Positions 20,457 through 28,582 of a DNA stretch of 64,000 nucleotides are shown here, piece after piece. The stretch comes from an uncultured Acidobacteriota bacterium (GTDB taxonomy: Bacteria > Acidobacteriota > UBA6911). The position numbers and the translations under genes are program-made. Each line of letters opens with the position of its first letter. Position 1 is the first letter of the stretch. Below the pieces are notes generated by a model. It saw only the letters and a program-made list of their open reading frames with translations, was not told the origin of the DNA and searched no databases. Location: positions 192,001 to 256,000 of the forward strand of contig CAWEJX010000004.1 of assembly GCA_963809485.1 (NCBI GenBank), in the 5' to 3' direction.

Positions 20457-20617
20457 TGGTATTTTTGGCTTCAGAAAAATCAGCAAGGTCTTCAAACATA
20501 GTGAAAATCCTTAAATTCAAAAAATGCCGCCCAAAATTGTGGCTAAGTCATCTTTCCAGCCCCAATAATCGAGCTATCGATTTTTTTGCAAAGGCATTAC
20601 CGTGGTCTGTCCCCGTT
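20457..20617 (+). repeat. Diverged partial copy of the 17904-18154 repeat
   Basis: gtatttttg..tgaaaatcctta..aaaatgccgcccaaaattg..cgtggtctgtccccgtt collinear with 17996-18154. Confidence 0.7.
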
Positions 20618-20728
20618 AAACCATTTCTTTTCTATGGGCGCCCATCCAATTTTGCTATATTAGCTCTACCCGATTGATCCCACATTGCATGCATTGAACC
20701 CGATGTCGACGTGGAGGAAGCGCTCCCT

Positions 20729-21339
20729 ATGATCGGCAAGACGCTGGGGCACTATAGAGTCGGCGAACAGCTTGGCCGCGGAGGCATGGGGGAAGTCTTT
20801 GTTGCCGATGACCTCAATTTGAACCGCAAGGTCGCCCTCAAGTTCCTTCCCGAAGCATTCACGGGCGATCCCGAAAGAATGGCCCGCTTCGAGCGCGAGG
20901 CCCGACTTCTGGCATCGCTCAATCATCCCAGCATCGCTGCGATCTATGGACTCGAACAGGCCGAAGGCAAGAGGTTCCTCGTCCTGGAACTGGTAGAGGG
21001 CGAGAATCTGGCGCAGAGGACCGGCTGTCGAGGGCCCCTAATCAATTGCTATGGTACGACCGGCAGGGAAAAGTCCTCGGATCCGTTGGACCGCCGGGCA
21101 TCTAATCAATTCCGGTAATTTCTCCGGATGGCAGGCGATTCGCGGTCAGGACTGCGCCGGATTTTGAAGCCGGTGTCCCTGTTACTCTTTTTAATGCCTT
21201 TCCCGGCGCCTGGCGGACCCGGAACAATTTCGATGTCACAAGCGACGGGCAACGCTTCCTCATTGTCAGCCTGACCCGGGACGAGACCACTTCATCGATC
21301 ACCGTTACTCTTAATTGGACTGCCCTGGCAAAGAAATGA
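20729..21339 (+). pseudogene. Collapsed Ser/Thr kinase with PD40/TolB-like C-terminus
   Basis: MIGKTLGHY..LGRGGMGEV..VALKFL..RFEREARLLASLNHPSIAAIYG, then QLLWYDRQGK..ISPDGRRFAV, then NFDVTSDGQRFL..ITVTLNW; catalytic loop missing. Confidence 0.85.
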
Positions 21340-21451
21340 CGCTCCCCCACCCTCTTCCGGGCCCTGCTGCGCAATATAAACCTGAATTTACCTGCAATAC
21401 CGCCCACAAGGAGTTTATAGCCTGACGGTAAAAATGCTCGCACGATTTCCT

Positions 21452-21482
21452 TGCAAATTAGAGGGCGGCGCTCTAATCTGCA
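21452..21482. promoter_or_regulatory. Inverted repeat (putative operator) before the second AAA gene
   Basis: TGCAAATTAGAG-GGCGGCG-CTCTAATCTGCA, 4 nt before ATG 21487. Confidence 0.6.
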
Positions 21483-21486
21483 TAGT

Positions 21487-22647
21487 ATGTGGCGACGCCT
21501 GGCTCAAACGAGATTGCGTGCACTCTGGCGGCAGTTTCCGGCCGTGCTGATTTTGGGAGCGCGCCAGGTCGGCAAAACGACACTGGCCCGCCAGACATTT
21601 CCCGGCTTTCCCTACTGCGACCTGGAGGAACCGCACCTCCGTGCACTGTTTGCCGACGATCCGACATTCCAGATCCAACAACGTTCGCGCCCCGCACTCA
21701 TTATTGACGAAGCTCAGGCCGTGCCCGCTGTTTTTAATTCACTGCGCGGAATCATCGACGCACATCGCAAGAAGAATGGCCGCTTTCTGTTGCTTGGTTC
21801 GGCGCAGCCTTCGCTGGTCCGCCAGATTTCCGAATCGCTCGCCGGCCGGGTCGGAATCCTGGAATTGGACCCGCTTACCGCAGCTGAGGCCGCCACGGGG
21901 GACCGGGCGCGAGACTGGCAGCAATTATGGCTGCAGGGAGGTTTTCCCGATGCTTTGGGCGGCTCCTTTCGCGAATGGTGGGAAGCCTACTTGCGGACTT
22001 ATGTGGAGCGCGACCTACCTCAATTGGGAGTTCCTGCAGATCCCATTCTGCTGCGCCGCCTGCTCACGATGCTGGCGCACATCCAGGGCGGCATGCTCAA
22101 TGCTTCGCAACTCGGCAACTCCCTGGACGTTACGTACCATACGGTGCAGCGCTACCTGAGCGTTCTTGAGCAGACCTTCATTATCCGGCACCTCCCGCCA
22201 TACTATCGCCACATCGGGAAACGCCTGACGAAAGCTCCAAAAATCTATTTGCGCGATACCGGACTGCTGCACCATCTGCTCAATATCAATACGCTGGAGG
22301 AACTCGATCATCATCCCCAGCGCGGCGCCAGCTGGGAGACGTTTGTAATGGAAGACCTCATTCGCAGAGAGAAACTGCGCCATCCGCACGCGCAATTCTA
22401 TTATTGGAGAACTGCGACCGGAGCAGAGCTTGACCTGTTGCTGGACCGCGGATCCCAACGCATTGGAATTGAGATTAAAGCCGGGCGAGGCGACAAAACA
22501 ACTATTGCCCGCGCAACCGAGCAGATTGCCAAGGATGCAGGCGCCACTTCGGTTTGGATTCTCGATCAGGCTGCAGGTACGGAGGCTCTCCGGCCATCTG
22601 TCCGGCGGCGCGGCTTCGCCGAAAGCCTAAAATGGCTTCCCTCCTGA
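21487..22647 (+). CDS. AAA_14 + DUF4143 ATP-binding protein
   Basis: GARQVGKTTLA, IIDEAQ, LLGSA, ESLAGR, GGFP, TYVERD, KAPKIYLRDTGLL, ELDLL..IEIK. Confidence 0.92.
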   Translation: MWRRLAQTRLRALWRQFPAVLILGARQVGKTTLARQTFPGFPYCDLEEPHLRALFADDPTFQIQQRSRPALIIDEAQAVPAVFNSLRGIIDAHRKKNGRFLLLGSAQPSLVRQISESLAGRVGILELDPLTAAEAATGDRARDWQQLWLQGGFPDALGGSFREWWEAYLRTYVERDLPQLGVPADPILLRRLLTMLAHIQGGMLNASQLGNSLDVTYHTVQRYLSVLEQTFIIRHLPPYYRHIGKRLTKAPKIYLRDTGLLHHLLNINTLEELDHHPQRGASWETFVMEDLIRREKLRHPHAQFYYWRTATGAELDLLLDRGSQRIGIEIKAGRGDKTTIARATEQIAKDAGATSVWILDQAAGTEALRPSVRRRGFAESLKWLPS

Positions 22648-22785
22648 TACACTAGCCTGGGCCTCACTGCGAAAAATAAACCTGGCCGAATAATTCGAGA
22701 TTCGATCTTTGTGGAATTAGCGAACTTCATGGCATTCTGCGTCTTGAAATCCATTACAATGTGCCCAACACGATTCTATCAAATT

Positions 22786-22871
22786 GTATTGAACCGGTTG
22801 TCGACGTGGAGGAGGCGCTCCCGATGATCGGCACGACACTCGGGCATTACCGGATCACCAGCCAGCTTGGA
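22786..22871 (+). pseudogene. 5' stub of a second Ser/Thr kinase gene
   Basis: ttgaaccggttgtcgacgtggaggaggcgctcccgATG ATC GGC ACG ACA CTC GGG CAT TAC parallels 20694-20760. Confidence 0.75.
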
Positions 22872-22899
22872 TTAGGGGGTAATTTGGACAATTAGTGAC

Positions 22900-23003
22900 A
22901 ATTCGGGGTCGGACCACTTTAAATCACTGGAAGGGGAAAGGTGCAGTTATGCGGGCCTAAATGGGCCTAAAACAGAATTGAGGGGGGGCATTTTTGATTG
23001 TAA
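22900..23003 (+). repeat. Left half of the interrupted ~250-bp repeat (target, left flank)
   Basis: aattcggggtcggaccac..ggtgcagtt..ctaaatggg..cagaattg..tttttgattgtaa aligns with 17904-18011. Confidence 0.85.
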
Positions 23004-23022
23004 TTGACCGGCCAATCGCTGC

Positions 23023-24171
23023 CTATTTTTCTTCTCCAGCCGATCCTGAAGGGTGGAGTTTTTTCAGTTTGCTTGACACCTTGGCAAGCCGATTGATGAG
23101 GCGCTGCATTGTAAGCTGTTGTTTTGAAGCGTTGAGGCCTCGCCGATTCATTTCGAGGAAGTGCATCGCATCGGCAATGCACTGGAGAGCACGGATATGA
23201 GGGTGTACGGATTGGTTACGGGGATTGCTGCGTTGCGGCAGCTGGTAGAGGTTGGCCAGGTTGGCTCGGGCCGAACTATATTCGCGTTGTAGATCTACCT
23301 GACTCACCTCTACATAACGCATTGTCATTTCGATTTTTGTATGTCCGAGGAGTGTTTTGACTGCAGGCAGGCTGGCGCCGCCGCGGAGCATCTCGGTCGC
23401 AAAAGTATGTCTCATTTGATGCGTCGTGATTCGGGACGCACTGCAGTTTGCTTTTCGGGCCGCTTTCCTGATCATCGCGACCATTTGGCTATACGAAGGA
23501 CGGGAGCCATCTTCGCGCATTAGCAAGAAGGTGGATAATTTTCTGGCCTTAGCCGGGGCTCGATTGCGCAAATCATCGAGGTGTTCAATAAGACTACGGC
23601 TATGGGCGTCCAAGGGAACCAATCTTTCCGTATGCATCTTGCCGAGAGGGACGCGGATTGCCCACTGTTGATCGCCCAGATCCCGGAAGCAATCGACTGC
23701 GAGATTCAAACATTCACCAACGCGCATACCGGTGGCACGCATGAGAAGCAGCGCAGTTGCTTCAACGGTGCCTTTTTTGCGGAGTTCTTCGCAAATGAGG
23801 CGATCATCTTCGGGCGAGAGGGGCCGGGGAAGGTACTTGTCCAGGTGTGGGAAGTCTCGGCGAACGATGAGGTTTTCTCTTATTCGGTCTATTCCTTCAT
23901 CGGCAAGGTCGCGAAGGCACTTGCGTAGCTCATAGAGTTGGTGGAGACGGGTGCAGGTTCGGGAGCTGGCCAAAGTTGAGATCCATCCGAGGATATGCGG
24001 ATCCCGCCTGAGTTGGGAGAGCTTATGAATCTCGGGGTGGTTTTGTTTGAGGAAGCGCATGAAGCCATTCAAAGTGCTTCGATACCGATACATCGTGTTT
24101 GGCCTGTGAACAATAGCAAGACTCTGAAGATAGGAATCGAAGATCTGTTGAATAGTGCGCGGTTTACTCAT
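23023..24171 (-). CDS. Tyrosine recombinase 2
   Basis: TGMRVGE, GKMH, HQMRHTFA, LGH, MRY: full R-K-HxxR-H-Y set; ATG overlaps upstream gene end (GATGAGTAA). Confidence 0.93.
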   Translation of the reverse strand: MSKPRTIQQIFDSYLQSLAIVHRPNTMYRYRSTLNGFMRFLKQNHPEIHKLSQLRRDPHILGWISTLASSRTCTRLHQLYELRKCLRDLADEGIDRIRENLIVRRDFPHLDKYLPRPLSPEDDRLICEELRKKGTVEATALLLMRATGMRVGECLNLAVDCFRDLGDQQWAIRVPLGKMHTERLVPLDAHSRSLIEHLDDLRNRAPAKARKLSTFLLMREDGSRPSYSQMVAMIRKAARKANCSASRITTHQMRHTFATEMLRGGASLPAVKTLLGHTKIEMTMRYVEVSQVDLQREYSSARANLANLYQLPQRSNPRNQSVHPHIRALQCIADAMHFLEMNRRGLNASKQQLTMQRLINRLAKVSSKLKKLHPSGSAGEEK

Positions 24172-25222
24172 CGAAGGAAGCACTCCGGAGTTGGGCCAAC
24201 GCTTGCGATCGCTTTTCGACGGCGCGGTGATATTCCCGCCAGACATCCTGGGGAGACAATTCCACGTAGAGCATGGTCGTGTGAATCTGAGAATGACCCA
24301 TGAGTCGCATCAGTGCGGGTACTGAAACGCCGGCACGGATCATGTCGGCACCGAAGGTGTGGCGGAACCGATGCGGGTGGGCGTTGATCGTTTGAGTCGC
24401 ACGTCGATGGTGACGAAACAACGAACGCAGGCCGGCGGATGTCATCGGTTGGCCGCGCCGCCATCCCTTGAGAGAAAGAAACAGGAGGGGCGACCCGAAA
24501 GCAGGCCGTTCGAATTCGAGATAACGCCTAAGAACCCGAATGATCGCATCTGCCAATGGCAGAACCCGCTGTCTGTTTCCTTTGCCACGAACAAAGATCT
24601 GAGTCTCGGAAAGCCGCAAATCTTCGAGCCGGAGTTGGATCGTTTCATGGGAACGCAGGCCGTTAAAAAGCATCAATCCCACGAGACTGAGGTCACGGAA
24701 GGTGCGAAAGCTGGACCAGAAACGTGAAACTTCATCAGGCTGGAGGGGGATGACGACTTTTCGAGGTTGTCGTAACCGCAGTCCCGCGATTGCGGTGCTG
24801 GGTTTTCCTATGCCCATTGGACTTCGTCTCTTGTATCGGGTTTGCACACTGGCGCGAGTTCTGGGGACTTCCTTCTGGTAGTAGAATCGGTACAGGGATC
24901 GGACAACCACCAAACGATGATTGACCGTAGGCGGCGACGGCTTGGGTTCGTTTTCAAGTTGGTATCGAACGTAATCGAGCAGACGAAGCTCGTTGAGAGT
25001 GGATAGACTCGGCCAGCGAGAACCGTGTAACCACCAACGGACGAAGTTCAACAGATCGAACCCATACGAGCGCAAGGAACGGACGGAAAGGTTGCGCAGG
25101 TACTGGGCATCCAGAAAATCATTGATGAAACGGACCGGCTGGTCCTTAGAATCCAAGAGTTGATAGGGAGACATGCCCGCAGGGCCGGATGGGTAACGAA
25201 TGAGATGAAAAGGCGGGGTCAT
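24164..25222 (-). CDS. Tyrosine recombinase 1
   Basis: GLRSHE, GKGNRQR, HRFRHTFG, MGH, MLY; ATGA overlap with primase stop. Confidence 0.93.
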   Translation of the reverse strand: MTPPFHLIRYPSGPAGMSPYQLLDSKDQPVRFINDFLDAQYLRNLSVRSLRSYGFDLLNFVRWWLHGSRWPSLSTLNELRLLDYVRYQLENEPKPSPPTVNHRLVVVRSLYRFYYQKEVPRTRASVQTRYKRRSPMGIGKPSTAIAGLRLRQPRKVVIPLQPDEVSRFWSSFRTFRDLSLVGLMLFNGLRSHETIQLRLEDLRLSETQIFVRGKGNRQRVLPLADAIIRVLRRYLEFERPAFGSPLLFLSLKGWRRGQPMTSAGLRSLFRHHRRATQTINAHPHRFRHTFGADMIRAGVSVPALMRLMGHSQIHTTMLYVELSPQDVWREYHRAVEKRSQALAQLRSASFDE

Positions 25223-26226
25223 ACACATTGTGCTTCCTCCAGACATCTTGTGAAATCAGCAGCGGTGGCTCCGGAAACAAAGAAACTATTGGGATCATGG
25301 TTTTCCGGAAGCGGTACGATCTTCGATTGCAGACCGGCCTCCCGGAGTTGCCGTGCCAGTTTCAAAGCAGCGCGTTGACCGGCAGCATTCGTATCCGAGT
25401 CAAAAGCAATGAAGATCTGTCTATTGAGATCGTCGCATAGTTGGGCAAACTGCTTGCCTGTCAGGTGGCAGCCGAGAGCGCTGGTTGTATTGCGAAAGCC
25501 AGCCTGCCAGAGAACCGCAAGATCGAAAAGGCCTTCCACCAGGATAACGTTGGGAGCATTGTGAATCGACTCCCATGCGACCAGGCCGATCCTAACACGA
25601 GGCAGAAATCGATGTGGCGGCGGGGGACCGATGCTGCGTCCGTACAGATTGACGATGCGGTTCTGATCGAGACAAGGAAAGACGATGCGGTGAAAGAAGG
25701 TGTCATGCCCCTTTTGATTTATCAATCCAAGATTCACGAGCCGGTCGTAATTGTGGCCGCATACCGATAACAGGTGCCCACGCAAACTGCCGCCTGGCGC
25801 ATAGCCCAATCGAAGGTGACGTAATATCTCTGGATCCCGCAATCCGCGTTGGTGAAGATAGTTCATCGCTTCCTGGTGGTGCTGCAACTGATACTGGTAA
25901 AAAGCGACCGTATCGCGGAGGAGGTCGTCATCACCCCTGAGCTTGTCCCATTCTCCGGCCAGCCGTGCGACGCTATCGCGGAAAGAAAGGTTGAAGTAGA
26001 CCTGGACGAAGCGAATCAAGTCGCCGCCATAGCCACAGCCATGGCAGTGAAAAAGATTTTTCTCGGCGTTGACATAGAACGACGGCTGGGTCTCGGAGTG
26101 CAGCGGGCACAATCCAACATATTCGTTCCCTGAACCCACAGGACGGCCAGTCCAATTGAGGCGTTTGAGATAATCCAACAGTGGAAGATCGCGCTTAAGT
26201 TTTTCCACTTCCTTGCAGTTTGCCAT
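25219..26226 (-). CDS. DnaG-like primase (CHC2 zinc finger + TOPRIM), no helicase-binding tail
   Basis: CPLH..PSFYV..FHCHGCG.GGD, RIVFP, YGR, VEGLFD, FDSD..AG, DPN. Confidence 0.9.
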   Translation of the reverse strand: MANCKEVEKLKRDLPLLDYLKRLNWTGRPVGSGNEYVGLCPLHSETQPSFYVNAEKNLFHCHGCGYGGDLIRFVQVYFNLSFRDSVARLAGEWDKLRGDDDLLRDTVAFYQYQLQHHQEAMNYLHQRGLRDPEILRHLRLGYAPGGSLRGHLLSVCGHNYDRLVNLGLINQKGHDTFFHRIVFPCLDQNRIVNLYGRSIGPPPPHRFLPRVRIGLVAWESIHNAPNVILVEGLFDLAVLWQAGFRNTTSALGCHLTGKQFAQLCDDLNRQIFIAFDSDTNAAGQRAALKLARQLREAGLQSKIVPLPENHDPNSFFVSGATAADFTRCLEEAQCV

Positions 26227-26609
26227 CAGAGCCTCCGGACGGGAACGCCTGTTCGGCCGCAAATGATGCAGGCGATACGTTCGAGAGGGTTTGCTCTCGC
26301 AGATCCGACGTTCCCTGACTTTGATGGATCGATCCTGACATTACTGTCTTGGCTTCTGGAACCCTGATACGTCACGCTTTTTTTATTGGACTGGCGCAGA
26401 CGATAGTTGCGCTGGTGGTCTCGATGGTCGAGTTTGCCTAAGGGACTTTGCCGGTAGCGTCTATTCGCTTCGCGCAGTTGGTGCCGGCGGGCGCGGTCCC
26501 GACATGCCTGACTGCAGTAGTGCTGTCCGCGATCGCAGTGACTGCAGATATGGAATATCTTGCCGCACCCCGCGGCATGGCAAGATCGTTGCCGGAGGAT
26601 GAGTTCCAG
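26226..26609 (-). CDS. Cys-rich basic protein (127 aa, CTG start proposed; absent from ORF track)
   Basis: LELILRQRSCHAAGCGKIFHICSHCDRGQHYCSQACRDRARRHQLREANRRYRQS..VTYQGS..CIICGR; GAAAGGA upstream; TGATG coupling to primase. Confidence 0.72.
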   Translation of the reverse strand: MELILRQRSCHAAGCGKIFHICSHCDRGQHYCSQACRDRARRHQLREANRRYRQSPLGKLDHRDHQRNYRLRQSNKKSVTYQGSRSQDSNVRIDPSKSGNVGSARANPLERIACIICGRTGVPVRRL

Positions 26610-26916
26610 GGGCCAATCGTCCTTTCCCGAAGGCGGGACTCGACAACGGCCCCCATGTCATGGCACGCTAAAGACGACTTTGGTTCTGGGAGCTTTAACC
26701 GGGCTCTTGGAATTTAGCCTCGATCGTTACAGCGGTCGGGGCTTTCTTTTTCCGCCTTTCACGCCGCCACGATATCACCACCAGGGCTCAAGAAATCTAT
26801 TGCAGTTACCCAGAAGCAAAGAACACGGCTGAATAAAAGAGAAACCAGCTGAAAGAAAAAATAGGCAGCCACTCCTGGGCTGGTTTAGAAAAAACGACAT
26901 TTTGGCCGGTTAATAG

Positions 26917-26960
26917 GTAAGAAATCGGGGATGTTTCCAATCAGAATGAAAATCCCTACA
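26917..26960 (+). repeat. Right continuation of the interrupted repeat (target, right flank)
   Basis: gtaagaaatcggggatgtttccaatcagaatgaaaatccctaca matches gtaagaaaacagggatgtctccaatcagtatgaaaatccttaca at 18008-18051. Confidence 0.85.
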
Positions 26961-27044
26961 TACTCAGCATCTTTTCGAAGGGCGGCGCGTCAGGCGTTTT
27001 GTGAGAATTGAATCTGTGGCCATGCGCGAACCTACTCATAAGGT

Positions 27045-27085
27045 TCAGCGTTCATCGGCGTTTTTGTCAGCGTAGGTCAGCGTTA
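27045..27085 (+). repeat. TCAGCGT-array element copy
   Basis: tcagcgttcatcggcgtttttgtcagcgtaggtcagcgtta. Confidence 0.8.
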
Positions 27086-27109
27086 AAAGGGCCTGGAGCC
27101 CCGGCGCAG

Positions 27110-28582
27110 CTAAAAAGCTTCCCGTATCTTCGCCGCCCAGTGGACGAAATTGCCGTAGAGGTGCCCAAGGTGGGGCGCCGGGGAAAAGTGCCCGTGCCTG
27201 AGGTCCGTCTCCAGGGACTTTTTCATCAGCTCCATCGGGATATTTTTGCTGTCGGGCAGCGTGCGGTCGTAAAAGAACAGCAATTCAACATGGGCGCCAT
27301 GGCCATACTCGATCGGGATAATCTGGAAATTATTCGGCGCGTTTAAAATCAGCTTCCTATCGATGAAGTCGTTGAGGAACTCCGGAAACGCTTTAGCTAT
27401 CTCACAGGTGTGGCGGAGCGAGTCTGCGTGCAGGACCGGCGCCCACCCTCCGCCAAGCTTCAGCACGCGTTGCAGGAAACTCACGATGATGAAGAAGTCC
27501 ATATTGTCTTCCCATATCTTACGAATGGATGGATCGACTTCTTCTCCCCCAGTTTCTCTGACGATATCCCACAGGACCCGCTCCTCATACGCCGTTTCCT
27601 CCGGAGACGAGGTGGCCAGGTAAACCCAGACCGCGCAGGACAGCTCTTTCTGGAAAAGTCCGCTGTTCCACAGCGTCCAGAAATCGTTGGCCGAAACCGT
27701 GAACATCACAGCCGCAGTGGCATAGAAGAACTTCAGCACCGCCGCACCGATTTCGGCTCTGCCCATTTCGATCATGAAATCGCGGGCCTTTTCGAGCGCA
27801 GCAAACTTGAAGATAAAGACTTTGTGGCAGTCCTGAGGCAGGCGGACCTTGTACGATGGAGTGCGTCCAAAAGACGGCATGACTGCAGGCCCTTTCCAGG
27901 CGTCCAGGCCAATGGCTGCCTTGGTAAAAACGCCGCGCCCCTTCTGAATCAAGCCTACCAGACTTGGTCCGGGCCCATCCGGGCAGAACCATCCGGCGTC
28001 ACCTCCAAGAGAGCCGGCCCTGAGAATTTCGCCTGAAGGCATCACCCACTCGTATCCCAGCAGATAGCGGTTATTCTTCGAGGTGCTGTGCTGGTTGTGG
28101 TGTTCCCCCTTGCCCAGAAAGTTTGACATTACCGAGCACGACGGTCCTACGGACGGGACCGGATAGCTCAGTCCCCTTTTCATGAGTTCCGGCTTCAACT
28201 GGACATGCCGGACTCCGGGCTCAACCACCACGTAGCGGTCCTCTTCGTTGATCTCCAGGATCCGATTCATTCGTCTCAGGCTGAGAATGATCTTCAGCTT
28301 GGGGCCGGGCGGCATTCCGGCGGAAAGGAGCGAGACGACTGAATTGCACTGGATGTCGTACTGCCTGCATATTTTGACGACAGCCTGCACCTCTTCGGTA
28401 TTGCCCGGCAAAACGACGGCATCGGGGCTTGCGGGCTTGCGGCCATCCTGGGGCGAAGTGTGCCGGTAGGCGGCGAGGATATGGGGGCGGCCACTTATGT
28501 ATTCTTTCCCCACAACGCCTTCGAGCATCCTGAAAATATCTTCCGGTAAGCTCATGCGATCGATCCCTTCCCTTTTAATCAA
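27110..28582 (-). CDS. FAD-binding oxidoreductase (GlcD/PCMH-type)
   Basis: AVVLPGNTEEVQAVVK, LRRMNRILEINE..VVEPGV, EWVMPSGEILRAGS. Confidence 0.88.
   Translation of the reverse strand: MIKREGIDRMSLPEDIFRMLEGVVGKEYISGRPHILAAYRHTSPQDGRKPASPDAVVLPGNTEEVQAVVKICRQYDIQCNSVVSLLSAGMPPGPKLKIILSLRRMNRILEINEEDRYVVVEPGVRHVQLKPELMKRGLSYPVPSVGPSCSVMSNFLGKGEHHNQHSTSKNNRYLLGYEWVMPSGEILRAGSLGGDAGWFCPDGPGPSLVGLIQKGRGVFTKAAIGLDAWKGPAVMPSFGRTPSYKVRLPQDCHKVFIFKFAALEKARDFMIEMGRAEIGAAVLKFFYATAAVMFTVSANDFWTLWNSGLFQKELSCAVWVYLATSSPEETAYEERVLWDIVRETGGEEVDPSIRKIWEDNMDFFIIVSFLQRVLKLGGGWAPVLHADSLRHTCEIAKAFPEFLNDFIDRKLILNAPNNFQIIPIEYGHGAHVELLFFYDRTLPDSKNIPMELMKKSLETDLRHGHFSPAPHLGHLYGNFVHWAAKIREAF

Larger units (their letters stand above)
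23004..26916 (-). mobile_element. Primase plus dual tyrosine-recombinase integrative element (~3.9 kb)
   Basis: Terminal IRs TTGACCGGCCAA (23004-23015) / TTGGCCGGTTAA (26902-26913); subterminal IRs 23018-23040 / 26848-26869; GTAA at both junctions; flanks rejoin into the repeat seen empty at 17904-18154. Confidence 0.85.

Noticed and set aside
23004-26916. Element as a RIT element or prophage remnant
   Set aside because: Only two recombinases, no phage structural genes, and both ends are intact with a clean empty-site match.
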